The position numbers and the translations under genes are program-made. A stretch of DNA of 64,000 bases from Lingula anatina (Eukaryota > Animalia > Brachiopoda): NCBI GenBank assembly GCA_051362555.1, contig CM120642.1, forward strand, positions 16,926,001 through 16,990,000. The letters run 5' to 3'. Every line of letters starts with the position of its first letter. Position 1 is the stretch's first letter. Shown here piece by piece: positions 25,196 through 35,987 of this stretch. Under the pieces are notes generated by a model. The model saw only the letters and a program-made list of their open reading frames with translations, made no database searches and was not told the origin of the DNA.

Positions 25196-26227
25196 TTATG
25201 AGAAATGTTGCTGTATTATGGTACGTCTGGCTGCATTGCCCAATCCTCTAGCTGGAACAGGAAACTGTGCTACAACTTGGTTCGGTGCATTCTGCGGAGG
25301 TGGCTCATCCATGGGGTCATCCCTGGCTCTTACAAAGTTATACAGAGTTGCTGTGGCGATAACGATGGTCAAAGTGGTCTGTAGTTTTGTGCGAAGGGAC
25401 ATGCTGAGGCAGGGAAACAAGCGTTTCCATGTACCAAACATTCGTTCAACTGTGTTTCGGGTACGTATCTGAGAAGCATTGTAACAACGCTCTGGCCTTG
25501 TAAGTGGGTTTATTATTGGAGTCATCATATATGGACGACACGCGTAACCCCCATCGCCTAGCAGAATACCTTCTATATCCCCTCTTTCAAGTTGTGCACA
25601 CAGACGACTGTTGTCAAATATTCGTGCATCATGTACACTGCCAGGCCACCGGGCCACGATATGCAACATCTCCAAATTGTAACCACATACAGCCTGAACG
25701 TTGATAGAGAAGTAGCCCTGCCGGTTTCTGTACAGTTCTGCATCCACACCACCTGGAGATGGTATTTTGATGTGAGTGCAGTCGATAGCACCCACAACGC
25801 CTGGAAAACCGGCTATCCTCCAAAATCCTAGCTTCATATTTTGAAGTTCTTGTCCTTCAGGAAACCGTATGAATTGTGGTTTAAGCGAAGCAATACCTTC
25901 TGATACCCTTTTGATGATACGACTTGCAGATGACTGGGAAATGTCACAGAGATCTCCACAAGCCATCTGGAAGGTGCCAGTGGCATAGAAACCCAGTGTA
26001 AGTACCAGCTGTATATCTGCAGGGATTGGATTGCCTCTTTCATTATGAGGGGCTATCATTGGTGTTACCAAACGCAACAATTCCTGGAAGGCGTCTTTGG
26101 TCAGTCTGTTATGTCTTCTGAACTCCTCGTCAGTGTACTTTTCATAGTCAAAATCTCTTCGCACTTGACCGCCAACATGTTGTAATCTATTATTGTTTTC
26201 TATTCTATTTAGCCACACATCCTCCAT
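25196..26227 (-). CDS. Harbinger DDE transposase (HARBI1-like), 343 aa, intact ORF
   Basis: FPGVVGAIDCTHI, YRNR.GYFSINVQ, WPGSVHDARIF, GDGGY and RNTVERMFG. Start taken at MEDVW. Confidence 0.95.
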   Translation of the reverse strand: MEDVWLNRIENNNRLQHVGGQVRRDFDYEKYTDEEFRRHNRLTKDAFQELLRLVTPMIAPHNERGNPIPADIQLVLTLGFYATGTFQMACGDLCDISQSSASRIIKRVSEGIASLKPQFIRFPEGQELQNMKLGFWRIAGFPGVVGAIDCTHIKIPSPGGVDAELYRNRQGYFSINVQAVCGYNLEMLHIVARWPGSVHDARIFDNSRLCAQLERGDIEGILLGDGGYACRPYMMTPIINPLTRPERCYNASQIRTRNTVERMFGTWKRLFPCLSMSLRTKLQTTLTIVIATATLYNFVRARDDPMDEPPPQNAPNQVVAQFPVPARGLGNAARRTIIQQHFS

Positions 26228-26465
26228 TTTGGTAAACAAACATTGAACTGAGTGAATGTTGAGGGAGGTGTACCACACACTCAACCATCACTCAAAATTA
26301 ATAACTTGAATGAGTGTGAGTGAGGTCTGTGGAAGGTTCAAGTCTGAGGTAAACCTTTCACTCATTGAGTCTTGAGTGACACTCATTGAGTGTCAAGTGG
26401 CACTCTATGATTGTGAGTGTGAGTGACCTTATAGAATACGGGCAAAAGACTTAAGGAGAGAGAAA

Positions 26466-26619
26466 TGTAGTGTATCCGTATTTACACATCACATGACTAG
26501 AATATGATGTAATCTTGTGTGACGCGTTGTTGTTCAGCCATTAAACTAGACTAGGAATCCATGCTTGTTGTGCGTTATTATTTTCCCTGCCATCCTTATG
26601 TTCAATGAGGAACATAACA
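26466..26619 (+). repeat. 3' LTR of element A
   Basis: Preceded by a polypurine tract. TG...CA termini with an imperfect inverted repeat. Contains ATTAAA. Confidence 0.7.
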
Positions 26620-26810
26620 CTTTGCTGTCTTTTTGACACAAGATCTGGGTCACATTCATTCATGTAAAAATGTTTCTGCCACAGATTAGTAGCTAATGGG
26701 CAATAGTTATTGCAAGGATTTTCAAATATCAAGTTATCAAACACAGGCTTCAGTTGACATAGGTCAGTTGAAATATTTCAGCATAGCACAATGTTAACAC
26801 CTCCAAAGAG
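26620..26810 (-). pseudogene. Helitron/Helentron PIF1-like helicase remnant
   Basis: LFGGVNIVLC..DLCQLKPV..IF...Y.PLATNLWQKHF..E(L)TQILCQKD matches PIF1 helicase motifs III-IV. Confidence 0.75.
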
Positions 26811-26904
26811 TCAGTCACTGGGGCCATTCTGAATAGAATATCTGAGTACCGACTGTCTAAGGATCAAATATGGCGGACTCTACATGAAAGGAAGATCATT
26901 TAAT

Positions 26905-28390
26905 CCTGTGAGTTCTTTTGCCTTGAGATGCACTGTTCAAAATCACGAAGTGAGTAATATTGTGCTTGATACTGTCCTGAGACATTTTTATGATGACGAC
27001 TTGTTGACATAATTTAGAATAAAGGAAGAGGCACATGACGTCATAGTCGGTATGAAAGAGGCTATTTGTAACGGTGGATTCAACCATACCAATGCAAGTT
27101 TGTGGTATGACCCTGACCTTTTAGAGGATATTGCCCATCATGATAGTGCTGATGAAATGAAAGAGCTTACTCATATGGTACATGTTAGAGCTTTGGGTAT
27201 GAAGTAGGGAGTCAATCTGGAGGTATTTTATTACATATTCTATATTGACAAAATTGTGAAATTACTAGATGTGTTTTGTTGAGCATTGTGATGAGTATGT
27301 GTAGGTGCAAAAATGCGCCAGCAGCACAACTAGCACAATTCACATATAGGTCAGATGTAGTCACGAGAGCTGCTAGCTTTACCATGCAATGTGAAGCAGA
27401 CATTTTGAACTTAAGAGACAGGCAGGTCCAGATTTTGAAAGTTATAGACAAGCAGGACCTATTAATAGGAGACAAGGGAGTCAGTGGTAAGTTTATGTCT
27501 ACACTTGGTTTACTGGATGTTAATGTTTTGCTGAATTAATGTTTTTGAGTTATTTAGTAGTGCAGGGTTCCCAAGTTTAGTAATTGTTAGAAGGTCAGTG
27601 AGTGTAAAATGTATCCGTGGCAAGGAAGTTAAATTGTGTTTAATGTCCGTGTTATGTTTAAACCAAGAAATAATATGTTAATCTATAAGGTTGTATACGA
27701 TTATTGTGGAAGATAGGCAAGTGTGTATTAAGTGTTTGGTATTATCAAGCTGCCAAAGGCTATATAGTATAGTAACAGTTGAACTTAGTGCTGATGCAAT
27801 AGTTATTGTGAATTGCAGTCATGTAGATATTATGCACGGAAGAGGTTTCATGTACTTTATTTTAATGACAGTGTGGGTTCATGTATGTGTGTGTGTAGGT
27901 AAAACACGCATTCGTATTTAGTTAAAGGATGTCTTAAATGTCACGGTGCTATCTGCAGGCACGCAAACCTCAGCTAACAGATTGGTAGAGTGTGATAATA
28001 GAGAAGAGAGTATAATAAAGTTGTATGATAAGATATTGTGAACATTTGAGGTATAGTACAGGTATTTTAACTGGTTTCTTACAGTTGTCATGAATTCATT
28101 TATTTATTTTGTTATTTGTTTCCTTTTAGTTTCACGGCTGATTTCAACCCGTCATGGTTGATTGGATGTTAGAAAGCAAGAATAAAGATTAGTTCAACCC
28201 GTCAACATTCTCGTCTTGTTGCCTGTCTCTACAGTATGTATGATCCGCTTGGTTTGATGGCTCCTATTGTTTTGCGTGGAAGAGTGCTTTTTCAGGAACC
28301 AACAAGAATGAAATTTGGACGGGATGATTCAATTCAGCATAAGTTGTCGGATGAATGGTTTGCTTGGGTTCAGTCTTTAGATGAGTCGAA
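26905..28390 (+). pseudogene. BEL/Pao pol fragment (RT to connection region) interrupted by a solo LTR
   Basis: FALRCTV..FYDDDLL..GGFN, RALGMK, and TRCVLLSIVMSM|YDPLGLMAPIVLRGRVLFQE..DD..W, which is continuous once 27300-28238 is removed. Confidence 0.85.
27300..28233 (+). mobile_element. Solo LTR (934 bp, BEL-like)
   Basis: TGTAG...CTACA termini. 5-bp TSD GTATG (27295-27299 / 28234-28238). AATAAA ~50 bp before the end. Confidence 0.88.
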
Positions 28391-28571
28391 TGTATGTAAG
28401 CTATGAAGAAGCCTCTGAATAGAGTTAATACTTTGCCTGGAAACAAAAACTCAACTTTTCTTCATCAATAGAGTATCACTTAAACTGCCCCTGTTTGTGG
28501 TCTCTGACAGGTAATCTGAACTGAAAACTAACTTTTGATTTTTTTTCAGTTCAGGTTAAAATCTACAAAAA

Positions 28572-29031
28572 ATGGCAACTGCAAAACGATTCAAGTGGAC
28601 ATTGAACACGATGACACAGTTGATTAATGATCTACTCAGCAGGGTGTGACTTTAAGGTAGTGAAAAAGAATGGAAAAATAAAAGATCTTTATTTGAGTGC
28701 AGGATGTGCTTTTAGCAATGAAATTGATGGTACAGTGGTTGACAATTTCTTACGAAATCTTGGATGGGAGTATCATGAAATAATCAAGAAGCAGCAGACA
28801 TCTGGAGAAGGCACAGAAGGTGAACCTGAACTAAGAGGGTCGGAAGAATCGTACAAACTATTTGACGAGTATTACAGACTCTATTTTCCAGTTGGGGGAG
28901 CAGTAAAACCTCATGTTATTGTAACTGCTGCAAAGACGTACAGGCCTGGGGATTCCAGTCAGACCCAGGTCAAAGATCATCACAAAGTTTCTTCCTTTAA
29001 ACCAGAGCCATGCTTCTGCTTCCAACAGTGA
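28572..29031 (+). pseudogene. Myb/SANT (trihelix)-like ORF remnant, probably TE-derived
   Basis: MATAKRFKW..T.QLI (frameshift) ..VDNFLRNLGWEYHEIIKKQQTSGEG..LFDEYY. Confidence 0.45.
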
Positions 29032-29181
29032 CAGCAGCATTTCTCTTGCTCCCGATTTTCCGACCCCACCAACTTCTCTGGCCTTTCAAGGGGTAAAAAA
29101 TGATCAAAAGCTGGAGGGATGCAGTTACAAGATGTACCGGGAGCCAAGAAGAGTATATATTTTTTCCTTTTTTCTGCATAG

Positions 29182-32100
29182 ATTAAGAAAAAAGCTGGTA
29201 GGACATGTCTCAAAGACGGTACAGTGGTTGACTTTCATAAATAATGAGAAGCAGGAGATAGTGGTCAGTGTCCTCACTGCATCAGAAGGTCATGGACTAG
29301 ACAACATGGCCGTAAGTCTTATGAGGAGATATTGTGATGCTGGCGCCACACCTCCCAAGCTCTTCTATATTGACAGTGGGTGCTATGCTGAAGGTGGTAA
29401 GAAGACCAGCCTCCAGATGGGGTTTTATCAGTGGCCAGATCTGCAGGTCAGACTAGATATCTGGCATTTTATGTGGCGACTGGCAGCAGGAGTGACCACA
29501 CATGCACACCAGCTGTATCCTCTTTTCATGTCCCGGTATTCATCTGCCATCTTTGAATAAGACAGTGCAGATGTGAAGGCTTTGCTTTCAGCCCAGAAGT
29601 CCCAGCTGGCTCTGGAAGGTCTTGGTAGCCTCAACACAGAAGACCTTACGAAACACCTCACAAAACAGGAGCTGGCTCTCCACAGGCCACCACAGAACAA
29701 ACAGACCAACTGATCCAGGAGTTCAGTGGACCACAGGGTTGAGACAGCCTGGGCGTTCCTGTGCTTAACAAATCAAGAATGGATGCCATCTGGATGGTCC
29801 AGAAAAGTCAAGTGAAGTGCATCCAGGACCCTCAAGATGTACAGCTCTCCCAAGTGCTTTTTTGTCTTTACTGCAGTTGCAGACATATTTTCCCCTTTTT
29901 CTGTACAGATTACAAAAAAGCTGGCAGGACATGTCTCAAAGACAGCGCAGTGGTTGACTTCCATAAATAATGAGAAGGGGGAGATAGTGGTCAGTGTCCT
30001 CACTGCATCAGAAGGTCATGGACTGGACAACACGGCCAAGGTCTTATGAGGAGATATTGTGATGCTGGTGTCACATCCCCTAAGCTACTCTATGTTGACA
30101 GTGGGTGTTGTGCTGAAGGTGGTAAAAAGACCAGCCTCCAGATGGGGTTTTATCAGTGGCCAGATCTGCAGGTCAGACTGGATATCTGGCACTTCATGTG
30201 GCGACTGGCAGCACGAGTGACCATAGATGCACACCAGCTGTATCCTCTTTTCATGCCACGGTTGTCATCTGCCATCTTTGAATGAGACAGTGCAATTGTG
30301 GAGGCTTTGCTTTCAGTCAAAAAGTCCCAGCTGGCTCTGGGAGGCCTTGGCAGAGTTAGCAGAGAAGACCTTATGAAACACCTCTCAAAACAGGAGCTGG
30401 CTCTCTACTGCAGAAGATGCACTAGAGGTGTACTGACCATCACAGAACGAATAGACAAACTGATCCAGGAGTTCAGTGGACCACAGGGTTGAGACAGCCT
30501 GGGCCTTCCTGTGCTTGACAAATCAAGAATCGATGCCATCTGGAAGGTTCAGAAAAGCCATGTTAAGTGCATCCAGGACCCTGAAGATGTGCAGCTCTAC
30601 CATGTGTGTGGGAGTGTCAAGAAGGAGGGATTGATTCCATAGAATTACAGGTGTTTCAGAGGATCCACCAGCATAGAATCATTCCACATACAGCTGAACA
30701 GATTCATAACAGGCAAGTCAATTATACATGATAATTTTGATGAATGTATTTAAGTACTGTATGTATGTATGTATGTATGATTATCTTCATATAGAGTGTT
30801 ACTGAAGTTTAGAATTTTGATGAATTGTCATAATGCATTTATAGAGTAACTGTTAAGTTGAAAATAGGGCATTTATTTAAACATAAGTATTTATTTCCAG
30901 ACTAGTTATAAAATGCTGATATTTTGATTAAATTATATAATTTTTTTCACTATTCACTTTCTATTGAAAAAAAAGTTCTATAAAACAAAGTTTAGAGACA
31001 GTTTGTATTTTTTTTAACCTTACAGGTACCAGTGCAAATGCATTTAACTTCCAAGCCTATCTTTTGGAAGGAATTTACTGATGGAACAGAGATAGGGCTA
31101 CAGCTTCTCTGGCTGAGGTTCCTTGGGTGCAGTTCCAATGCAACAAACCTAAGTTAGCTATGGGGGCTAACTTGCTTGCAGAAATGGTACTTGGGAAGGA
31201 AATTATCCCACATTTTCCACCACCAGGACAATATACAGGTAAAGTAAACTTGGTTAAACTTGCAACATGAATAAAATTAACCCTGGTAGTGCTGACCCCG
31301 GAATTTTCCAGAACGCGTGGCTATGCACTGTGAGCAGGGCCCCGGATATTCCGGGGGTCCCCATATGTCACACCCTTCTTATTTCAAAGTTTATTTATAA
31401 CCATCCAATGACATAAATTATAACAAATAAGTTTGTTTGATGTCACAGACAACCAATTAAAAATAAAGTAACATTTAATTTACCCTTTTCTGCATTGGTG
31501 TAAAAGGGTCTTTGTTCTGAAGAATCATAAGTCCATTAAAACATGGCAGAATTCCTACCTAAACATCAAGATTTCTTCAACGAAGTGATAAATGATAATG
31601 AGAATGATGAAGACTTTGAAGGTTTTCTACCTTCTAATATTGCTGATTATGGTAGCGATTGGAAAAGTGATTCTGATGAATCAGATCAAGCTGAATCTGG
31701 TGATATTTGGCAAGACAGAGATCGACCTCGTGTTAACATGCCGTTTACTGGGCAACCTGGTTTGCGTGTTGATTTACCAGAGGGCCAGTCGTCTGGTTTG
31801 GATATTTTTACTTTGTTTGTGGATGACATCGACTATGAGACCATGGCAGAAGAGACATTTCATTATGCTAATGATTTTTTACAGCAGAACGAAGCTACGT
31901 TAAAGCCAACTTCCGAGATTCGGAAACTGGGTCAAAACAAAAATGGCCGAAATGAAAGTTTTCATCGCCATGACTATTGCTATGGGGATCGTTGTACAGC
32001 TGGATCTTTCAGAATATTGGACAACTTCAACAGTAAATTCTACGACTTTTTTCTCTTCCTGTATGTCAAAAGATCGTTTTTGGCTGCTAATGCGATTCTA

Positions 32101-33489
32101 TCATCTAGCAAAGAACTTTGAGCAAACAAGAAAGGGGTACCTCATAAAATTTTTAACACTTAAGTCAGCAAAGGGAAACAATTTACAATGAACAATGGGA
32201 CTCTTTTAATCACCAAATATCATAACAGAAAAGTTGTACATCTCATTTCCACAATACAACAGGCTGCAACGACATGCACTAGAAGAAACATCCCAGGCAC
32301 AAATACACCCATCGTAGTACCATCCATAGTCAGAGAATATAATAGATTCATATGGGGAGTGGACTGCTCTGACCAAATGGTGTCATATTCTACATTTAAT
32401 GCCAGGACAATGAAATGCAGACATGCTGAAACTGTTGGTCTGATCTGTAGGACCATCAAAATTTGTCTGGACCAGTAAAAAATTGGACTTGGTCGGAACA
32501 AAGGACTGTCCAGATTTTTAAGAGCCGCCATGTTGAATTTACAGTCATCGCTCGACGCACTTCACAAATAAATTTCTATCCAAGCCATAGCGTTTTTCTT
32601 TCATTTACTAATTGAACAAAAGGTTAAAGTCGATTGCATCTTGTCACAAATAACATACAAATGTACGCTAGCCAATAGTAGTATCCGTTTCAATCGAATG
32701 TAAGGGTTTTCCCCGAGCTACGGAACTCTCCACTGCTTGGAGGATGATTTACGATCAAACATGTCTGTATTTTTGAAGTGGATGGAGGGTGCGAAGCCCA
32801 GCAAGAGAGTAACCCCAAAGCCCAGTTCAGCCAATAAAAACTAAGAGTTGAATAGAAAAGAGAGAAAGTTTGAGGAGAGATGAAAAGTAAGTGCTATGCA
32901 AGTAAAAGAGGTGGTTTATAGGAACTGAACTGAACACGTGTTTTTATTTACTTATTTATTTTGGTTTGAAGTCGAAGTTAATCAAATTCAATGTAATTTT
33001 GGGAAGCTTTAAATCTCCTTTCAACTTTAGGCAACTCACAGCGGTAGTTCCAAGCTGACAGTGTCAGCAAGACGAGAAGCAGGAACCCTTAGGGCAAAGA
33101 AATGCAGGTAAGATTTCTCCCTTTTTAATTTTTTTGCTTTACCTCTTCTTCTCTAGGTTAAGAAACGGACTTTTTGAGCATCTATGATACTCTTCAAGGG
33201 GAGTCACACCAGTGAGATTATGTGGAAAAACTTAGAGGGGTAAAAGTTAAAAACACTGTATGGTCAGACAGGTACTTTCATTGATAGACAAGGGGTGAAT
33301 TTTGTGCAGAATTTTTTCCATGCTCTATTTTTTGTCCAAAGAAAAAGGATGAGTGCAGATAACCATTGGCAAAGTGTCCATCGTCAAATTTATAAAATAA
33401 ATTGCTGTTCTAAAGTTTATGCATATATATATGTTGCATGAAAAAATATTATTTGTTTTGAGGCATAGTTACTTAGTATTTAAATTAGT

Positions 33490-33520
<31 letters not shown>

Positions 33521-34349
33521 GGGGGGGGGATAGCCAGATTTACCTGTTGTATGCAGTCCAATGAATCAGAGCAACTTGTTTCAGCATATACAAATGATTT
33601 TTTTTCTAATGACACATTCTGTGGTATAAAAAAAAAAAAAAATAGAAGTTAAAAATTTGTGTTGTGGCATGAGTAAATGCCTCATATATTGTCATGCTGG
33701 CATCACAACTTCCTCTATGTAGACAGTGGGTGCTGTGCTGAAGGTGGAAAGAAGATAAACCTCTAGACGGGGTTTTCTTAGTAGCCAGATCTGCAAGTCA
33801 GACTAGATATCAAGTTTCATGCAGCAACTGGCAGCAGGAGTGACCATAGATGCACACCAGCTGTATCCTCTTTTTATGCCCCGGATGTCATCTGCCATTT
33901 TTGAATGGGACAGCACAGATGTGGAAGCTTTGCTATCAGCCATGAAGTCCCAGCTGGCTCTTGGTAGCAGAGAAGACCTTATGAAACACCTCCAAAATTA
34001 GGAGCTGGCTCTCCACTGCAGAAGACGCACTAGAGGTGTACAGACCACCACAGAATGAATTGACCAACTGATCCAGGAGTTCAGTGGACCACAGGAGTGA
34101 GACAGCCTGGGCCTTCGTGTGCTTGACAAATCAAGAATCGATGCCATCCGGGAGGGCCAAAAAGTCATCCAGGACCCTCAAGATGTAAAGCTCTACCAAG
34201 TGTGTGGGAGTGTTAAGAGGGGATTGATTCTAAAGAATACAGGTGTGTCAGAGCATCCACCAGCCTAGAATCATTCCACTTACACCTGAACAGATTCATT
34301 ATAGGCAAGTCAATTATACATGATAATTTTGATGAATGGATGTCTATAC

Positions 34350-34381
<32 letters not shown>

Positions 34382-35110
34382 TGTATGTATATCTTCATAT
34401 AAAGTGTAATTGAAGTTTAGGATTTTGAGGGGATTGATTCTATAGAATTACAGGTGTGTCAGAGCATCCACCAGCCTAGAATCATTCCACTTACACCTAA
34501 ACAGATTCATTCCAGGCAAGTCAATTATACATGAAAATTTTGATGAATGGATGTCTGTACTATATGTATGTATCTATGTATGTATGTTTATCTTCATATT
34601 AAGTGCAACTGAAGTTTAGGATTTTGATGAATTTTCATAATGCATTTATAGAATAGCTGTTAAGGTGAACTCTTGGGAGTAGACTATCTACTCAGACTGG
34701 GGAGCCACTGCAAGACCCATCCCATGTGCAGATGGACAGTCTCCACGAGGATGTCGAGGAAATAAAAGAGGAGGATGAGGGCTTTGCAGATGATCTGACA
34801 GTTGGCATGCTAGTGGAGGAAGCAAAACAACCACATCCCATGTCTCTTGCAGAAGAGGTGTTGAACAGTGTGACAGAGAAGGTGTTGATTGAGCAGCTGA
34901 GGGAACTAGCTGAGGAGCTGTTGAGACCCCTCACCCCTGAGGACACAGAGTCAGCAGAAGAAACAACATAGTCTGGACAACAAGGCCCAAGGTCTTATAA
35001 GGAGATATTGTGATGTTGGAGTCACACCTCCCAAGCTCCTCTATGTTGTCATAAGATGGTAAGAAGACCAGCCTTCACATGCGGTTTTATCAATGACCAG
35101 ATTTGCAGGT
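29182..35110 (+). mobile_element. Dada-like (DUF6729-type) spliced transposase remnants with repeated catalytic exons
   Basis: NEKGEIVVSVLTASEG, LLYVDSGCC, VRLDIWHFM (DxxH), ELALHCRR.TRG, IQDP..VQLY, RGSTSLESFH, GTSAN..FQAYLLEG and GELLGVDYL. Copies at ~29182, ~29909, ~33690 and a short one at ~34970. Confidence 0.75.
31281..32420 (+). mobile_element. piggyBac (PGBD4-like) 5' part with internally deleted transposase
   Basis: TTAA|CCCT left end. Acidic N-terminus EDFEGF, PFTGQPG, EMKVFI, YWTT, MSKDRF and YNRFIWGVDCSDQM. Right end not found. Sits in an intron of the Dada-like gene. Confidence 0.88.
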
Positions 35111-35987
35111 CTTGTTTGCTTAATAGCTAAACACCATTTGAAGTGCCAGTCAGGATAAAATTTAGTTCTCTTAGAAAACAATTTCATGTGCTGATCAGAG
35201 TAGTGCAAAACATACTTATCTGATAGTCTAGGAATTGAAGGAGAAACATGAAATTTATAACCCCAGTAGAAGTGTTATCCTGTGTTTCCGAGTAAGTGAG
35301 AATGGAATGGTCCAGAAAAGCAAAGGGAAAAGACGGGGACTTATCTTTTGTGCTTACCTTTTTCACGAAGGAAATTCAAACATCAGCCAATTGTCCCTGC
35401 TCATGGTTGAAATTAGCCAAGAGGTGACCTCAACAAAGGTCAATAATTGAATAAACTACCTAAACTACGATTACGTGATGGATACATATTAATGAGTACA
35501 TATGTCACTGACATATATTTATGACACAAAAACCATTGCGTACTCACATACTTTCTACTTTCAAAACTTCACTATGCATGCATGGAAACATTCTTGGGGT
35601 GAGGGGGGCAGTCAAATAACAAAGCACAATGGGATATCATGATAGCAATCGGCTGCTTTTGATCTTAATATACTTAACACAATAAAATTAATTTTACTTT
35701 TTATGTGCAATATCAAAATAACTTTCCAAGGAGTTTTAAAATCATTTCTAACTTAAAATTATGTTCTCTTTTTCAACTTTGTTTTTACTTTACTTTTCAA
35801 TTATAGAAAATTGAAAAGTAAATTATTCATTTTTTGTCATTCTAAATTATGAAAAATTAAAAAGTTTATCTTTAGTCTCCCAGCAAAACATTTGTGGCAG
35901 TGGTAAGTCACCACAGACTGGACTAAACTGTTCTCTAATGGTGATATTTTTACTCTGCTGGAGGGTTGTCTCTGTGTGTGATTATGG

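Larger units (their letters stand above)
23957..26444. mobile_element. Full-length PIF/Harbinger transposon
   Basis: 30-bp perfect TIR gcccgtattctataaggtcactcacactcaca. Probable 3-bp TSD AAA. Subterminal ACTCA/TGAGT arrays. Convergent Myb and transposase genes. Confidence 0.95.
12101..26619 (+). mobile_element. 3' remnant of an LTR retrotransposon (element A, Gypsy-like), split by two nested insertions
   Basis: pol C-terminus RSARVVKKPERL* (to 12338) and 3' UTR to 12571. It resumes after the insertions with PPT aaggagagagaa (~26453-26464) and LTR TGTAG...AACA (26466-26619). Confidence 0.7.
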
